Source: Eledone cirrhosa (Eukaryota). From it: DNA of 64,000 nt. Location: positions 2,852,001 through 2,916,000 of the forward strand of contig OZ024765.1 of the NCBI GenBank assembly GCA_964016885.1, in the 5' to 3' direction. This document shows positions 13,001 to 27,387 of the stretch, one piece after another. How positions within the stretch are numbered: the first letter of the stretch is position 1; every line of letters starts with the position of its first letter. The translations under genes were made by a program, and so were the position numbers. Under the pieces are notes generated by a model. That model worked only from the letters and a program-made list of their open reading frames with translations. It ran no database searches and was not told the DNA's origin.

Positions 13001-16000
13001 TATTCTATGGACCCCGTAAGGATGAAAGGCAAAGTTAACCTCGGTGGGATATGAACTTAGAACGTACGGGGCCGTAACTCTATGCTGCCAATCATGGCGT
13101 CCGACCCTCTACCGAATCTGCCAATAATGATTTCTACTTTAGGCACAAGTGTTATCTACTGCTAAGGTATTAGGAAGGGCATCCAGCTGTAGAAACCAGG
13201 CCCAAATCAGTTCTGTATGAACAAGACAAGGTCACCCGACCTGGAATTGCCCACAACAGGACAACCCGTCTAACCCATGCTAGCGTGGAACAATGGACGT
13301 AAAACGGTGATGATGATGATGATGATAAAGCTGTTGATAGAGATGTAAAGGTCCTTACTTTTGAGGTATGGTAAAACTGGTGTTGAAGACTGGTTGGCAG
13401 TGACTGCTCTGTAAGCCCGTTGCTTTGGGGGTTTTATTTTTTTACTGATGCCTATCACATTCATAAAAGGATATGTGTGGCTGTGACTTAGTTGAGGTCT
13501 TGAAAGAGAAGAAGAAGAAAAGTGGTGGTGTAATGGTGGTGGTGGTGTAGTGTAGTGTGGTAGCGGTGGTGGTAGTTGCATTGGTGGTAGTAGTGGTGGT
13601 GGTGGTGGTGTAGTGTAGTGTGGTAGCAGTGGTGGTGATGGTGCTAGTTGCATTGGTGGTAGTAGTGGTGGTGGTGGTGGTGGAGCTGTAGTGAGGTAGC
13701 GGTGGTAATAGTGGTGGATATGGTGGTGGTGGTAATAATGATGATGATGGTAGTGGTTTTAAAGTGTTTATATTTATCTAAAAATCTTCAATTATTGCAT
13801 TTTATAAGAACCTCTGTTAAGTTATGTTCCAAACACCAATTTAATAAGACAGTGTCTTTCATTAGAAATATGGTAATGAAATGGTTAAAGTGTTTATATT
13901 TATCTAAAAACCTTCCATCATAATTTTATATAAGAACCTTTGTTAAGTTATGTTCCAAACACCAGGTTAATAAGACAATGTCTTTCATTAGAAATATGGT
14001 AATGAAAGGGTTAAAGTGTTTATATTTATCTAAAAACCTTCCATTATAATTTTATATAAGAACCTTTGTTAAGTTATGTTCCAAACACCTATGGTTCTAT
14101 GATACAAAACTGTTTATATTTATCTAAAACCCTTCAATTATTGTTTTGTGTAAGAACCTTTGTTAAGTTATGTTCCCAACAATTGGAACACTTGTCATTA
14201 TTACCAACAACACCATTCCATCCATGCAAACACATTCGCTCCGGATGCTCTACCGATTTCCAGCTAATTCAGAGGAGCGCTCCTGGGGACTCCCGGCGAC
14301 CCCCAGGTTTCTAGGCTAGGAATGAAAGCCACTAAATCTCACATGTTTACAGCAATTTCCAGTTAATTCACAGGAGCGCTCCTGGGGACTCCCGGCGACC
14401 CCCAGGTTTCTAGGCTAGGAATGAAAGCCACTGAATCTCACATGTTTACAGCAATTTCCAGCTAATTCACAGGAGCGCTCCTGGGGACTCCCGGTGACCC
14501 CCAGGTTTCTAGGCTAGGAATGAAAGCCACTGAATCTCACATGTTTACAGCAATTTCCAGCTAATTCACAGGAGCGCTCCTGGGGACTCCCGGTGACCCC
14601 CAGGTTTCTAGGCTAGGAATGAAAGCCACTAAATCTTACATGTTTACAGTTTCGATGTTGTTTGCCGCCAAGCACAGGCCGCCATCTTCGTTGCTGGCAT
14701 CGTGGAACAACGACTGCATCCTCTTGGTTTTCGCTGTCAACTCCTCCTTGCTTTCCCCCAGGGAAGCCATCTTCTGCAAGTTCCCGGGGTGTAGGGAAAG
14801 TCCGAAGACATTCAAGGAAAGGAGTCCTGCGTTGTGTCCATGTTGTTGTTGTTGTTGTAGTTGTTGTTGTTGTTGGTGGTGGTGGTGGTGATGGTGTTGT
14901 TGTTGTTGTTGTTTCTTCTTGCTCTTACTGGAAAGAAAAATCATCACCATCATTATCATCACTAACACCATCATCACTATCATCATCATCATCACTATCA
15001 TCTCCATCATCACCATCATTATCACTGTCATCATCATCATCATCATCATTATTTTAAACATACCGTATTTCTTTAGAAATACGAAATTCCAATATATATA
15101 CATATATATCTATATAGCATCATCATCATCATCATTTTACATCCGCTTTTCCCTGTTTGCAAGGGTGGGACGGGAACTGATTCTGGCTTGATTTCTACAG
15201 CTGGATGCCCTTCCTAACACCAACCTCATTTACAGTGAGTGCTGGGTGCTTTTTTGCCGTGGCACCTCCACGACCACTTTGCAGTGGAATGATAGGGACC
15301 CCAGTCCCTATCATCTCATTTCTACAGCTGAGTAAACTGGAGCAATGTGAAATAAAGTGTCTTGCTGAAGGAAACAACACATCACCCAATATATATATCT
15401 ATATATATATATACATATAAATATATATATATATAAGTGCATATATATGGTCTTCAAAATGTTTTAAATTAAACATACGGTATAGTGCCAAATATACTAT
15501 ACATCCATTCATGTATACATCGCTATTTCAGAGCACCAATCCTAATACCTAATTTTTGCTGGACCGGCAATCACTCTGTATAATCAGCTCCTGATTATTA
15601 CTGGAATTCTATAAGAATCCAGCCTCTATAATTTTCAGCGGAAGCAGGGGGGCATGGCTCTGATGATAGCCAACCAACGAGAAACAGACTGTCAGCTTCT
15701 CTCCCATCTTTCGCCGAAAAGAAGTAAGTGACATAGTCACCACTTTAAAACTGATAGCGTATAGTCTTCTAAATGTTTTTAATTAAACATACGGTATATT
15801 GCCAAATATACTATACATACATTCATATATATATATTTAGGTTTGTTGGTTCACCACTGGATAGAACTGGTCATTCCGTATGGTCAATCTCGATGTAATA
15901 TTATGGAGAGCACTCAACGTAATGCAACTCACCTGTCCTTGTTTGTGTAGTTGGTGGTGCGAGTAAAGAGTTAATTATTATAAAATAACAGGAGGCTGGA

Positions 16001-18261
16001 CTGGTGTAAATCCTTGAAAGGTTTATTATACTATGATCATTTCAATGACCGGGTTCAGTATGAATCCGGTGACATCATCAGGTATTCAAAATATAACAAA
16101 AGAATATGACAGATAAAATCCATGGGGTTGAAAATCAGAGACAAGAGGACGACCGACTATTTAGCAGCTTCTACCTCAGTCGGTCACCCTTGAGGTATAT
16201 TTTGAATACCTGATGATGTCACCGGATTCATACTGAACCCGGTCATTGAAATGATCATAGTATAATAAACCTTTCAAGGATTTACACCAGTCCAGCCTCC
16301 TGTTATTTTATAATATATATATAATATAAACACTATGATGATGATGATGATTATAAAACAGGTCTTACCTCTTCAGCTTGTTATATTTCTTCAAGACTAT
16401 GCGAGGATTCCAAGCGTTGGTGCCATCAATGGGACATACAGAGTGAGAATGAAGGAGCCAGTTATCGATACATTCTCGATGGAACTGGAATATATAGAAA
16501 CAGAAACATCCCAATGTGATCACGGTGTTCGGACTTTGGTCAGTTCTGACAAAGAGTGTTCGGACTTTGGTCAGTTCTGACAAAGAGTGTTTGGATTTTG
16601 GTCAGTTCTGACAAAGAGTGTTTGGACTTTGGTCAGTTCTGACAAAGAGTGTTCGGACTTTGGTCAGTTCTGACAAAGAGTGTTCAGACTTTGGTCAGTT
16701 CTGACAAAGAGTGTTTGAACTTTGGTCAGTTCTGACAAAGAGTGTTTGAACTTTGGTCAGTTCTGACAAAGAGTGTTTGAACTTTGGTCAGTTCTGACAA
16801 AGAGTGTTTGAACTTTGGTCAGTTCTGACAAAGAGTGTTCGGACTTTGGTCAGTTCTGACAAAGAGTGTTTGGACTTTGGTCAGTTCTGACAAAGCGTGC
16901 TCCAAACACCAGGTTAATAAGACAGTGTCTTTCATTAGAAATATAGTAATGAAAGGGTTAAAGTGTTTATATTTATTTAAAAACCTTCCTCCACCATAAT
17001 TGTATGCCAGAACCTTTGTTAAGTTATGTTCCAAAAACGTACCTTGTGTCTACATGGTAGCCTCCGTACCAGTGTCCCCAATTGGAAGGATCTGAGACAG
17101 ATGTGACACTGTGCCCCTGTGGCTAGGAGGACACTGCCCTCTGTCACCTTCTCCATTGGAATTGATTCAATGATCTTCTCCGGTAGAGAACTGAACTCTT
17201 TCAGTTCTTCACTGCAAATACATACAAAAGATTTGGCAATTATCATCATCACCATCATTGTGATCATAATCACCACCACCACGACTATCACCACCACCAC
17301 CACTATCACCACCACCACCAATATCATCATCACCACCACCACCACTACCACCACCACCACCACTATCACCACCACCACCACCACTATCATCACCACCATC
17401 ATCACCAATATCATCAGATAGACAGATGGAATAGAAAGATAGACAGACAGACAGACAGATAAACATAGAGATAGGTAGGTAGATAGATAGATATGTTTCT
17501 TTATTAGCCACAGGGGCACAAAAGAAGGGGACAAATACAAAGGGGGAAGTTTACATACAATAAAAACGTGTAAAATGTTATCACAATTGTAAATTAAAAG
17601 TTAATCGATTTTCCCCAATAGGGGGAGACATTACATATGGGTAACACATACCCCCGAAAAAAATGTGCAACCCTCATCTCCAGGAGTACAAAGAGTTTGT
17701 ACTCCTTTCCTCTCCTCCTCCTTTTCCTCAACCTACAGGCTGATATAGAGAGAAGGCCCATTCACTGGGGCCATTCTCGCCACTTTCACCCACCAGATAG
17801 ATAGATATATAGATAGATAGGTAGATAGATATATAGATAGATAGGTAGGTAGATAGATAGATAGATAGATAGGTAGGTAGGTAGATAGATAGTAAAATAG
17901 CCATAGAGATTTATAGATAGACATAGAGATAGTTAGATAGATCTATAGATGGACAAACAGACAGACAGAGAGACATGCTAATTACCTATCCAACTGAAGC
18001 AGTGTATCATAGTCCTCCTCTTTGAGGTCACGGCCCATTAAGTTCTTAACGAAGGCTTCGGGTAACGAGTAATTAAAATCACGTTGGGCTAGTTTCCACC
18101 TCTGGACTTTGTTCTGTGAAAAACATTGGAGATTGTGGGTCACAAGAGGTCACTGTGGGTCACAGCTATATGTAGAGGTCAGTAGCATCAGAGGTCAACT
18201 GTCAAAGGTCAGTCATATATATATATACATATATATAAACACACACATACATACATTTATA

Positions 18262-18302
<41 letters not shown>

Positions 18303-19825
18303 ATAAAATTATTGTGTACAGTGCTCAGGTGCACTACAACTCATCAAAGGTGCATGTATAGTACATAGAATAATGTACAAATGTCAGGGAAGTGAACAGT
18401 GTATGAGTCATGATATACACACAGACATGTGTGTGTGTTTGAATAGAAAGGGAATATCAGGTGTAGTGTTGGTGAATCTCAGGAAGCATGGAGGTTTTAA
18501 AGAATGCAGTGTCTCGACAGCTAACAACTGATGCAGGTAGTTTGTTCCATGGAGGTTTTGAAGGATGCAGTGTCTCAACAGCTAACAACTGATGCAGGTA
18601 GTTTGTTCCATGGAGGTTTTAAAGGATGCAATGTCTCGACAGCTAACAACTGATGCTGGTAGTTTGTTCCATGGAGGTTTTTAAGGATGCAATGTCTCGA
18701 CAGCCAACAACTGATGCAGGGAGTTTGTTCCATGGAGGTTTTAAAGGATGCAATGTCTCAACAGCCAACAACTGATGCAGGGAGTTTGTTCCATAGAGGT
18801 TTTAAAGGATGCAGTGTCTCGACAGCTAACAACTGATGCAGGTAGTTTGTTCCATGGAGGTTTTAAAGGATGCAATGTCTCAACAGCTAACAACTGATGC
18901 TGGTAGTTTGTTCCATGGAGGTTTTAAAGGATGCAGTGTCTCGACAGCTAACAACTGATGCAGGTAGTTTGTTCCATGGAGGTTTTAAAGGATGCAATGT
19001 CTCAACAGCTAACAACTGATGCTGGTAGTTTGTTCCATGGAGGTTTTAAAGGATGCAGTGTCTCGACAGCTAACAACTGATGCCGGTAGTTTGTTCCATG
19101 GAGGTTTTAAAGGATGCAGTGTCTCGACAGCTAACAACTGATGCAGGTAGTTTGTTCCATGGAGGTTTTAAAGGATGCAATGTCTCAACAGCTAACAACT
19201 GATGCTGGTAGTTTGTTCCATGGAGGTTTTAAAGGATGCAATGTCTCAACAGCTAACAACTGATGCTGGTAGTTTGTTCCATGGAGGTTTTAAAGGATGC
19301 AGTGTCTCGACAGCTAACAACTGATGCAGGTAGTTTGTTCCATGGAGGTTTTAAAGGATGCAATGTCTCAACAGCTAACAACTGATGCTGGTAGTTTGTT
19401 CCATGGAGGTTTTAAAGGATGCAGTGTCTCGACAGCTAACAACTGATGCCGGTAGTTTGTTCCATGGAGGTTTTAAAGGATGCAGTGTCTCGACAGCTAA
19501 CAACTGATGCAGGTAGTTTGTTCCATGCTTCAGCAACTCTGAGCATGAAAATATGTTTGCAAAGATCATGGGAGCTGTGCTGTTTTCTGACTTTGTGGGC
19601 ATGCCCACGTGTGTTAGACACATGGAAGTCAAAAAGGTGCTCAGGGTTGTTGTTGGAAAGATGGTTAATAATTTTGTACACACACACACACACACATGCA
19701 TACATTTATACTTATATATATATATAATACCTGTACTCACCTGTCTAAATTTAAACTGGTGTTCATCATGGACAGGTGTATTGAAGCAATGTTGGCACAG
19801 GTGATAGCAGCTGCATGTAATACAC

Positions 19826-19869
<44 letters not shown>

Positions 19870-19903
19870 GTGTGTGTGTGTGTGTGGAATGAGAGAAAGA
19901 CAA

Positions 19904-19934
<31 letters not shown>

Positions 19935-21488
19935 TGACATTAAAAACTCTAATATCCTTGGCTCCATCCATGACTCTATCTAAACATATATTTAGACATA
20001 TTCTCACACATACACTGGCACATACACACACACACACATACACTGGCACATACACGCACACACTCACACACACACATCCTTACAGTAGCCTTCCTCAATC
20101 ATCAGTTTGTCCACACTAACATTGTATGTATACTCAAACACACACACACAAAACCCTTCCAAATGCACACAGACCTTAACATACACACACACAAACCCTT
20201 CCAAATGCACACAAACCCTAACACACACACACACAAACCCTAACACACACAAACCCACAAACCCTAACACACACACACAAACCCTAACACACACAAACCC
20301 ACAAACCCTAACACACACAAACCCTAACACACACAAACCCACAAACCCTAACACACACACATACACAAACCCTAACACACACACACACAAACCCTAACAC
20401 ACACAAACCCACAAACCCTAACACACACAAACCCACAAACCCTAACACACACACACACACAAACCCTAACACACACACACAAACCCTAACACACACAAAC
20501 CCACAAACCCTGACACACACAAACCCACAAACCCTAACACACACACACACAAACCCTAACACACACACACAAACCCTAACACACACAAACCCACAAACCC
20601 TAACACACACAAACCCTAACACACACACACACAAACCCACAAACCCTAACACACACACACACAAACCCTAACACACACACACAAACCCTAACACACACAC
20701 ACACACAAACCCTAACACACACAAACCCTAACACACACACACCAACCCTAACACACACACACAAACCCTAACACACACACACAAACCCTAACACACACAC
20801 ACACACCAACCCTAACACACACACACAAACCCTAACACACACACACAAACCCTAACACACACACACAAACCCTAACACACACACACACACCAACCCTAAC
20901 ACACACACACAAACCCTAACACACACACACAAACCCTAACACACACACACAAACCCTAACACACACACACACACCAACCCTAACACACACACACAAACCC
21001 TAACACACACACACAAACCCTAACACACACACACAAACCCTAACACACACACACACACCAACCCTAACACACACACACAAACCCTAACACACACACACAA
21101 ACCCTAACACACACAAACCCTAACACCAACCCTAACACACACACACACACACACGCAGGTGACACCAATAAAGACAGTATTTTCTAAATTACTTGTAACA
21201 GTTGCCGACAATGGGTTTCAGGTGACAGGCGGAGCACTCTGTGTTGTAGTGGTAGTGTTTGACAGGGAAGGCCACACCTATCAGGGAGTTGCGCTCCTCA
21301 ATCTTTAGTTTCTCCAAACCGACAAAGACACTGCGACACATCGGACACAACACTGTCTTATTTCCGTCCCCTGCCTCCGGGGGTCCAACAGCCATCACCG
21401 TTGTCTGGTGTTGGGCGTGGATTTTCATACATTTGATATGGATATTGTTGCCGCAGCCGTATCTGGGGAGGAGAGACAATGACAACAG

Positions 21489-21550
<62 letters not shown>

Positions 21551-22275
21551 ATATATACAACACCACCAACAACAACAACACCACCAACAACAACACCACC
21601 ACCAACAACAACAACAACAACAACACCACCACCAACAACAACAACAACACCACCACCAACAACACCACCAACAACAACAACAACAACAACACCACCACCA
21701 ACAACAACAACACCACCACCAACAACACCACCAACAACAACAACAACAACAACAACAACACCACCACCAACAACACCACCAACAACAACAACACCACCAA
21801 CAACACCACCAACAACAACAACAACAACAACAACAACACCAACAACAACAACAACAACAACAACACCACCACCACCAACAACAACAACAACAACACCACC
21901 AACAACAACAACAACACCACCAACAACACCACCAACAACACCAACACCACCAACAACACCACCACCAACAACACCACCAACAACAACAACACCACCAACA
22001 ACACCACCAACAACAACAACAACACCACCAACAACAACAACACCAACAACAACAACAACACCACCAACAACAACACCACCACCAACAACAACAACACCAA
22101 CAACAACACCACCAACAACACCACCACCAACAACAACAACAACAACAACAACAACACCAACAACAACAACACCACCAACAACAACACCAACAACACCACC
22201 AACAACAACAACAACACCACCAACAACAACAACACCACCAACAACACCAACAACAACACCACCAACAACACCACC

Positions 22276-22306
<31 letters not shown>

Positions 22307-25300
22307 CCACCAACAACAACAACAACAACAACACCACCACCAACAACACCACCACCAACAACACCACCAACAACAACAACAACACCACCAACAACACCAC
22401 CAACAACAACAACAACACCACCAACAACAACAACACCAACAACAACAACAACACCACCAACAACAACACCACCACCAACAACAACAACACCAACAACAAC
22501 ACCACCAACAACAACACCACCAACAACAACAACAACAACAACAACAACACCAACAACAACAACACCACCAACAACAACACCAACACCAACAACAACAACA
22601 ACACCACCAACAACAACACCACCACCAACAACAACAACACCAACAACAACACCACCAACAACAACACCACCAACAACAACAACAACAACAACAACAACAC
22701 CAACAACAACAACACCACCAACAACACCACCAACAACACCACCAACAACAACAACAACACCACCAACAACAACAACACCAACAACAACAACACCACCACC
22801 AACAACAACAACACCAACAACAACACCACCAACAACAACACCACCAACAACAACAACAACAACAACACCAACAACAACAACACCACCAACAACACCACCA
22901 ACAACAACACCACCAACAACAACACCACCAACAACACCACCAACAACAACACCACCAACAACAACACCACCAACAACAACACCAACAACACCAACACCAC
23001 CAACAACAACAACACCAACACCACCAACAACAACAACACCACCAACAACACCAACAACAACAACACCAACAACACCAACACCACCAACAACAACAACACC
23101 AACACCAACACCACCAACAACAACACCACCACCAACAACACCACCAACAACAACACCAACAACACCACCAACAACAACACCAACAACACCACCAACAACA
23201 ACAACACCACCAACAACACCACCAACAACACCAACACCACCAACAACAACAACACCAACACCAACACCACCAACAACAACAACACCACCAACAACAACAC
23301 CAACAACACCAACACCACCAACAACAACAACACCAACACCACCACCAACAACAACAACACCAACAACACCACCAACAACAACACCACCAACAACAACACC
23401 ACCAACAACAACACCAACAACACCACCAACAACAACAACACCACCAACAACACCACCAACAACAACACCACCAACAACAACAACACCACCAACAACACCA
23501 ACAACAACAACACCAACAACACCAACACCACCAACAACAACAACACCAACAACAACAACACCAACAACACCAACACCACCAACAACAACAACACCACCAA
23601 CAAAACCACCAACAACAACACCACCAACAACAACACCACCAACAACAACACCAACAACAACACCACCAACAACACCAACACCACCAACAACAACAACACC
23701 AACAACAACACCACCAACAACACCAACACCACCAACAACAACACCACCAACAACAACAACACCACCAACAACAACACCACCAACAACACCACCAACAACA
23801 ACAACACCAACACCACCAACAACAACAACAACACCAACAACAACAACAACACCACCAACAACACCACCAACAACAACACCACCAGCAACAACACCGCCAA
23901 CAACAACAACACCAACACCACCAACAACAACAACACCAACAACACCACCAACAACAACACCACCAACAACAACACCAACACCACCAACAACAACAACAAC
24001 ACCACCAACAACAACACCACCAACAACAACACCACCAACAACAACAACACCAACAACACCAACACCACCAACAACAACAACACCACCAACAACAACACCA
24101 CCAACAACAACAACAACACCAACAACAACAACACCAACAACACCAACACCACCAACAACAACAACACCACCAACAACAACAACACCAACAACACCAACAC
24201 CACCAACAACAACAACACCACCAACAACAACACCACCAACAACAACAACAACACCAACAACAACAACACCAACAACACCAACACCACCAACAACAACAAC
24301 ACCACCAACAACAACAACACCAACAACACCAACACCACCAACAACAACAACACCACCAACAACAACACCACCAACACCAACACCAACAACAACAACAACA
24401 ACACCACCAACAACACCACCAACAGCAACAACACCGCCAACAACAACAACACCAACACCACCAACAACAACAACACCAACAACACCACCAACAACAACAC
24501 CACCAACAACAACACCAACACCACCAACAACAACAACAACACCACCAACAACAACACCACCAACAACAACACCACCAACAACAACAACACCAACAACACC
24601 AACACCACCAACAACAACAACACCAACACCAACACCAACAACAACAACAACAACACCACCAACAACACCACCAACAACAACACCACCAGCAACAACACCC
24701 CCAACAACAACACCGCCAACAACAACAACACCAACACCAACTTACCTGCAATATGTGACAGGCAGGTGAGATTTCAACAGATTATCCAAACATATTGGAC
24801 AGACTGTGTCCTCGTCAAGATCCCTCTGGTTGACGGTGTTGGTCTCAGCTGACTCTTCATCATCTTTGGAAGACTCTGACGGTTCCTCGTCCTCATTTGA
24901 CGGTTTTTTATTGACGGCATTCACAGTAGTTTGTTTCGACAGCCTGTCCAATAGGTCCTCAATTTCTCTCTCAGACAAACCCTTCTGCCAGCTCACTAGA
25001 ACAGGTGAATTGTTTACAGGTGTGTTATTAATATTGAGTTAATTAATTAATTGGAACAATTAATCAACATATATATATATGCAGAGGTTATATTTAATTT
25101 GTTGGGATACAACAAGCTAAAATATTTTTATAACTGATATAAAGCACTCAACAAATTATTGGAGTAAATATACAATATATTAACAAATGGAAACTATATT
25201 TATAAAACCATATTTATTTCATTATACATATTTCAAGGGCCACCAAAGCAGATTATCGTGCGCTTTCATCAGATAAAATACAATACAGATTAGTTTTATG

Positions 25301-27350
25301 AATAAATATTGACATACCCTGAAAAAATGCAACCTTAACGGTTGGAGCTTCCTGGATAGTCATCTATCTTCCTGGATAGTCATCTATCTTCCTGGATAGT
25401 CATCTATCTTCCTGGATAGTCATCTATCTTCCTGGATAGTCATCTATAGTTGGAGCTTCCTGGATAGTCATCTATCTTCCTGGATAGTCATCTATCTTCC
25501 TGGATAGTCATCTATCTTCCTGGATAGTCATCTATCTTCCTGGATAGTCATCTATCTTCCTGGATAGTCATCTATCTTCCTGGATAGTCATCTATAGTTG
25601 GAGCTTCCTGGATAGTCATCTATCTTCCTGGATAGTCATCTATCTTCCTGGATAGTCATCTATAGTTGGAGCTTCCTGGATAGTCATCTATCTTCCTGGA
25701 TAGTCATTACTATCCAGGAAGCTCCAACCATTAAGGTTGCATTTTTTCAGGGTATGTCAATATTTATTTATAAAACTAATCCGTATTGTATTTTATCTGA
25801 TGAAAGCGCACCATAATCTGCCTTGGTGGCCCTTGAATTATGTATAATAAAATAAATATGGTTTTATAAATATAGTTTCCATTTGTTAATATATTGTATA
25901 TATATATATATATATATTTATCTCGTTAAGGGTGAAAGCAGCGATTCTTTGCTTAATCTTTAATCTGTTATTTTATACTTTAATCTGTTGAAGCCCACCT
26001 CAGCTGTAGAAATGAGATGATAGGACTGAGGTCCATATCATTCCACTACAAAGGGGTCGTGGAGGTGCCACGGCAAAAAAGCACCCAGCCCACACTGTAA
26101 AGTGGGGGTGTAGGCACCGCGGCAAAAAAGCACCCAGCCCACACTGTAAAGTGGGCGTGTAGGCACCACGGCAAAAAAGCACCCAGCCCACACTGTAAAG
26201 TGGGGGTGTAGGCACCACGGAAAAAAAGCACCTAGCCCACACTGTAAAGTGGGGGCGTAGGCACCACGGCAAAAAAGCACCCAGCCCACACTGTAAAGTG
26301 GGGGCGTAGGCACCACGGCAAAAAAGCACCCAGCCCACACTGTAAAGTGGGGGTGTAGGCACCACGGCAAAAAAGCACCCAGCCCACACTGTAAAGTGGG
26401 GGTGTAGGCACCACGGAAAAAAAGCACCCAGCCCACACTGTAAATGAGGTTGGTGTTTGGAAGGGCATCCAGCTGTAGAAATCAAGCCAGAATCAGTTCC
26501 CGTATGAGCAAGACAAGGTCAGCTGACCGGACACTGCCCACAACAGGACAACGCATCTAACCCATGCTAGCATGGAAGAACGGACATAAAACGGTGACGA
26601 TGATGATGATATAATCTTCATTTTATGTGCACTTTGTATACGTACAGGTATGTATAAAATATGTACAGGTATGTATAAAATATGTACAGGTATGTATAAA
26701 ATATGTACAGGTATGTATAAAATATGTACAGGTAATGTATAAAATATGTACAGGTAATGTATAAAATATGTACAGGTAATGTATAAAATATGTACAGGTA
26801 ATGTATAAAATATGTACAGGTAATGTATAAAATATGTACAGGTAATGTATAAAATATGTACAGGTAATGTATAAAATATGTACAGGTAATGTATAAAATA
26901 TGTACAGGTATGTATAAAATATGTACAGGTAATGTATAAATTAACAGACACACAGTATATTTACATGGATCTTTCATCGGAATACGGAACTTCTTCAATA
27001 ACAGCCAACAGATATGTATACACAGTTCTTTGGTCTTGGAGAACACCTGACAGGTGCAGCTGTGTTTCTGTCCCAGGTATGTCTAGAAAAATGACACATG
27101 ACAGCACTAACTACATTAGAATAGTGATAGTACTACTGTGTTGTGGTCTTCATCCATTCCTCAATGACTGTCTACTGAATGACACCATGCATACATGATC
27201 CCGTAACTCCCAAGTGTATTTTTTTTTTAACCCTAGGGCAGCCCCTCCTCTCCAGGTCTGAATATAGCAGATTTATTTCTGAAGGATAGAGAGAGTGAAA
27301 GTGAGAAAGAGATATAGAGAATCAACCCCAGTACTTGACTGGTATTTTAA

Positions 27351-27387
<37 letters not shown>

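Larger units (their letters stand above)
15976..16315. repeat. Perfect 120-bp inverted repeat with 100-bp spacer
   Basis: 15976-16095 is the reverse complement of 16196-16315. Confidence 0.95.
25170..25900. repeat. ~190-bp inverted repeat enclosing a 20-bp tandem array
   Basis: ~25170-25360 is nearly the reverse complement of ~25708-25900; spacer is (TTCCTGGATAGTCATCTATC)n. Confidence 0.9.

Noticed and set aside
21189-24852. Four ORFs of ~1100-1200 aa (poly L/V, N/T, C/W, T/P; mucin-like)
   Set aside because: Stop-free translations of the intronic AAC/ACC array; only the real ZSWIM2 exon ends are coding
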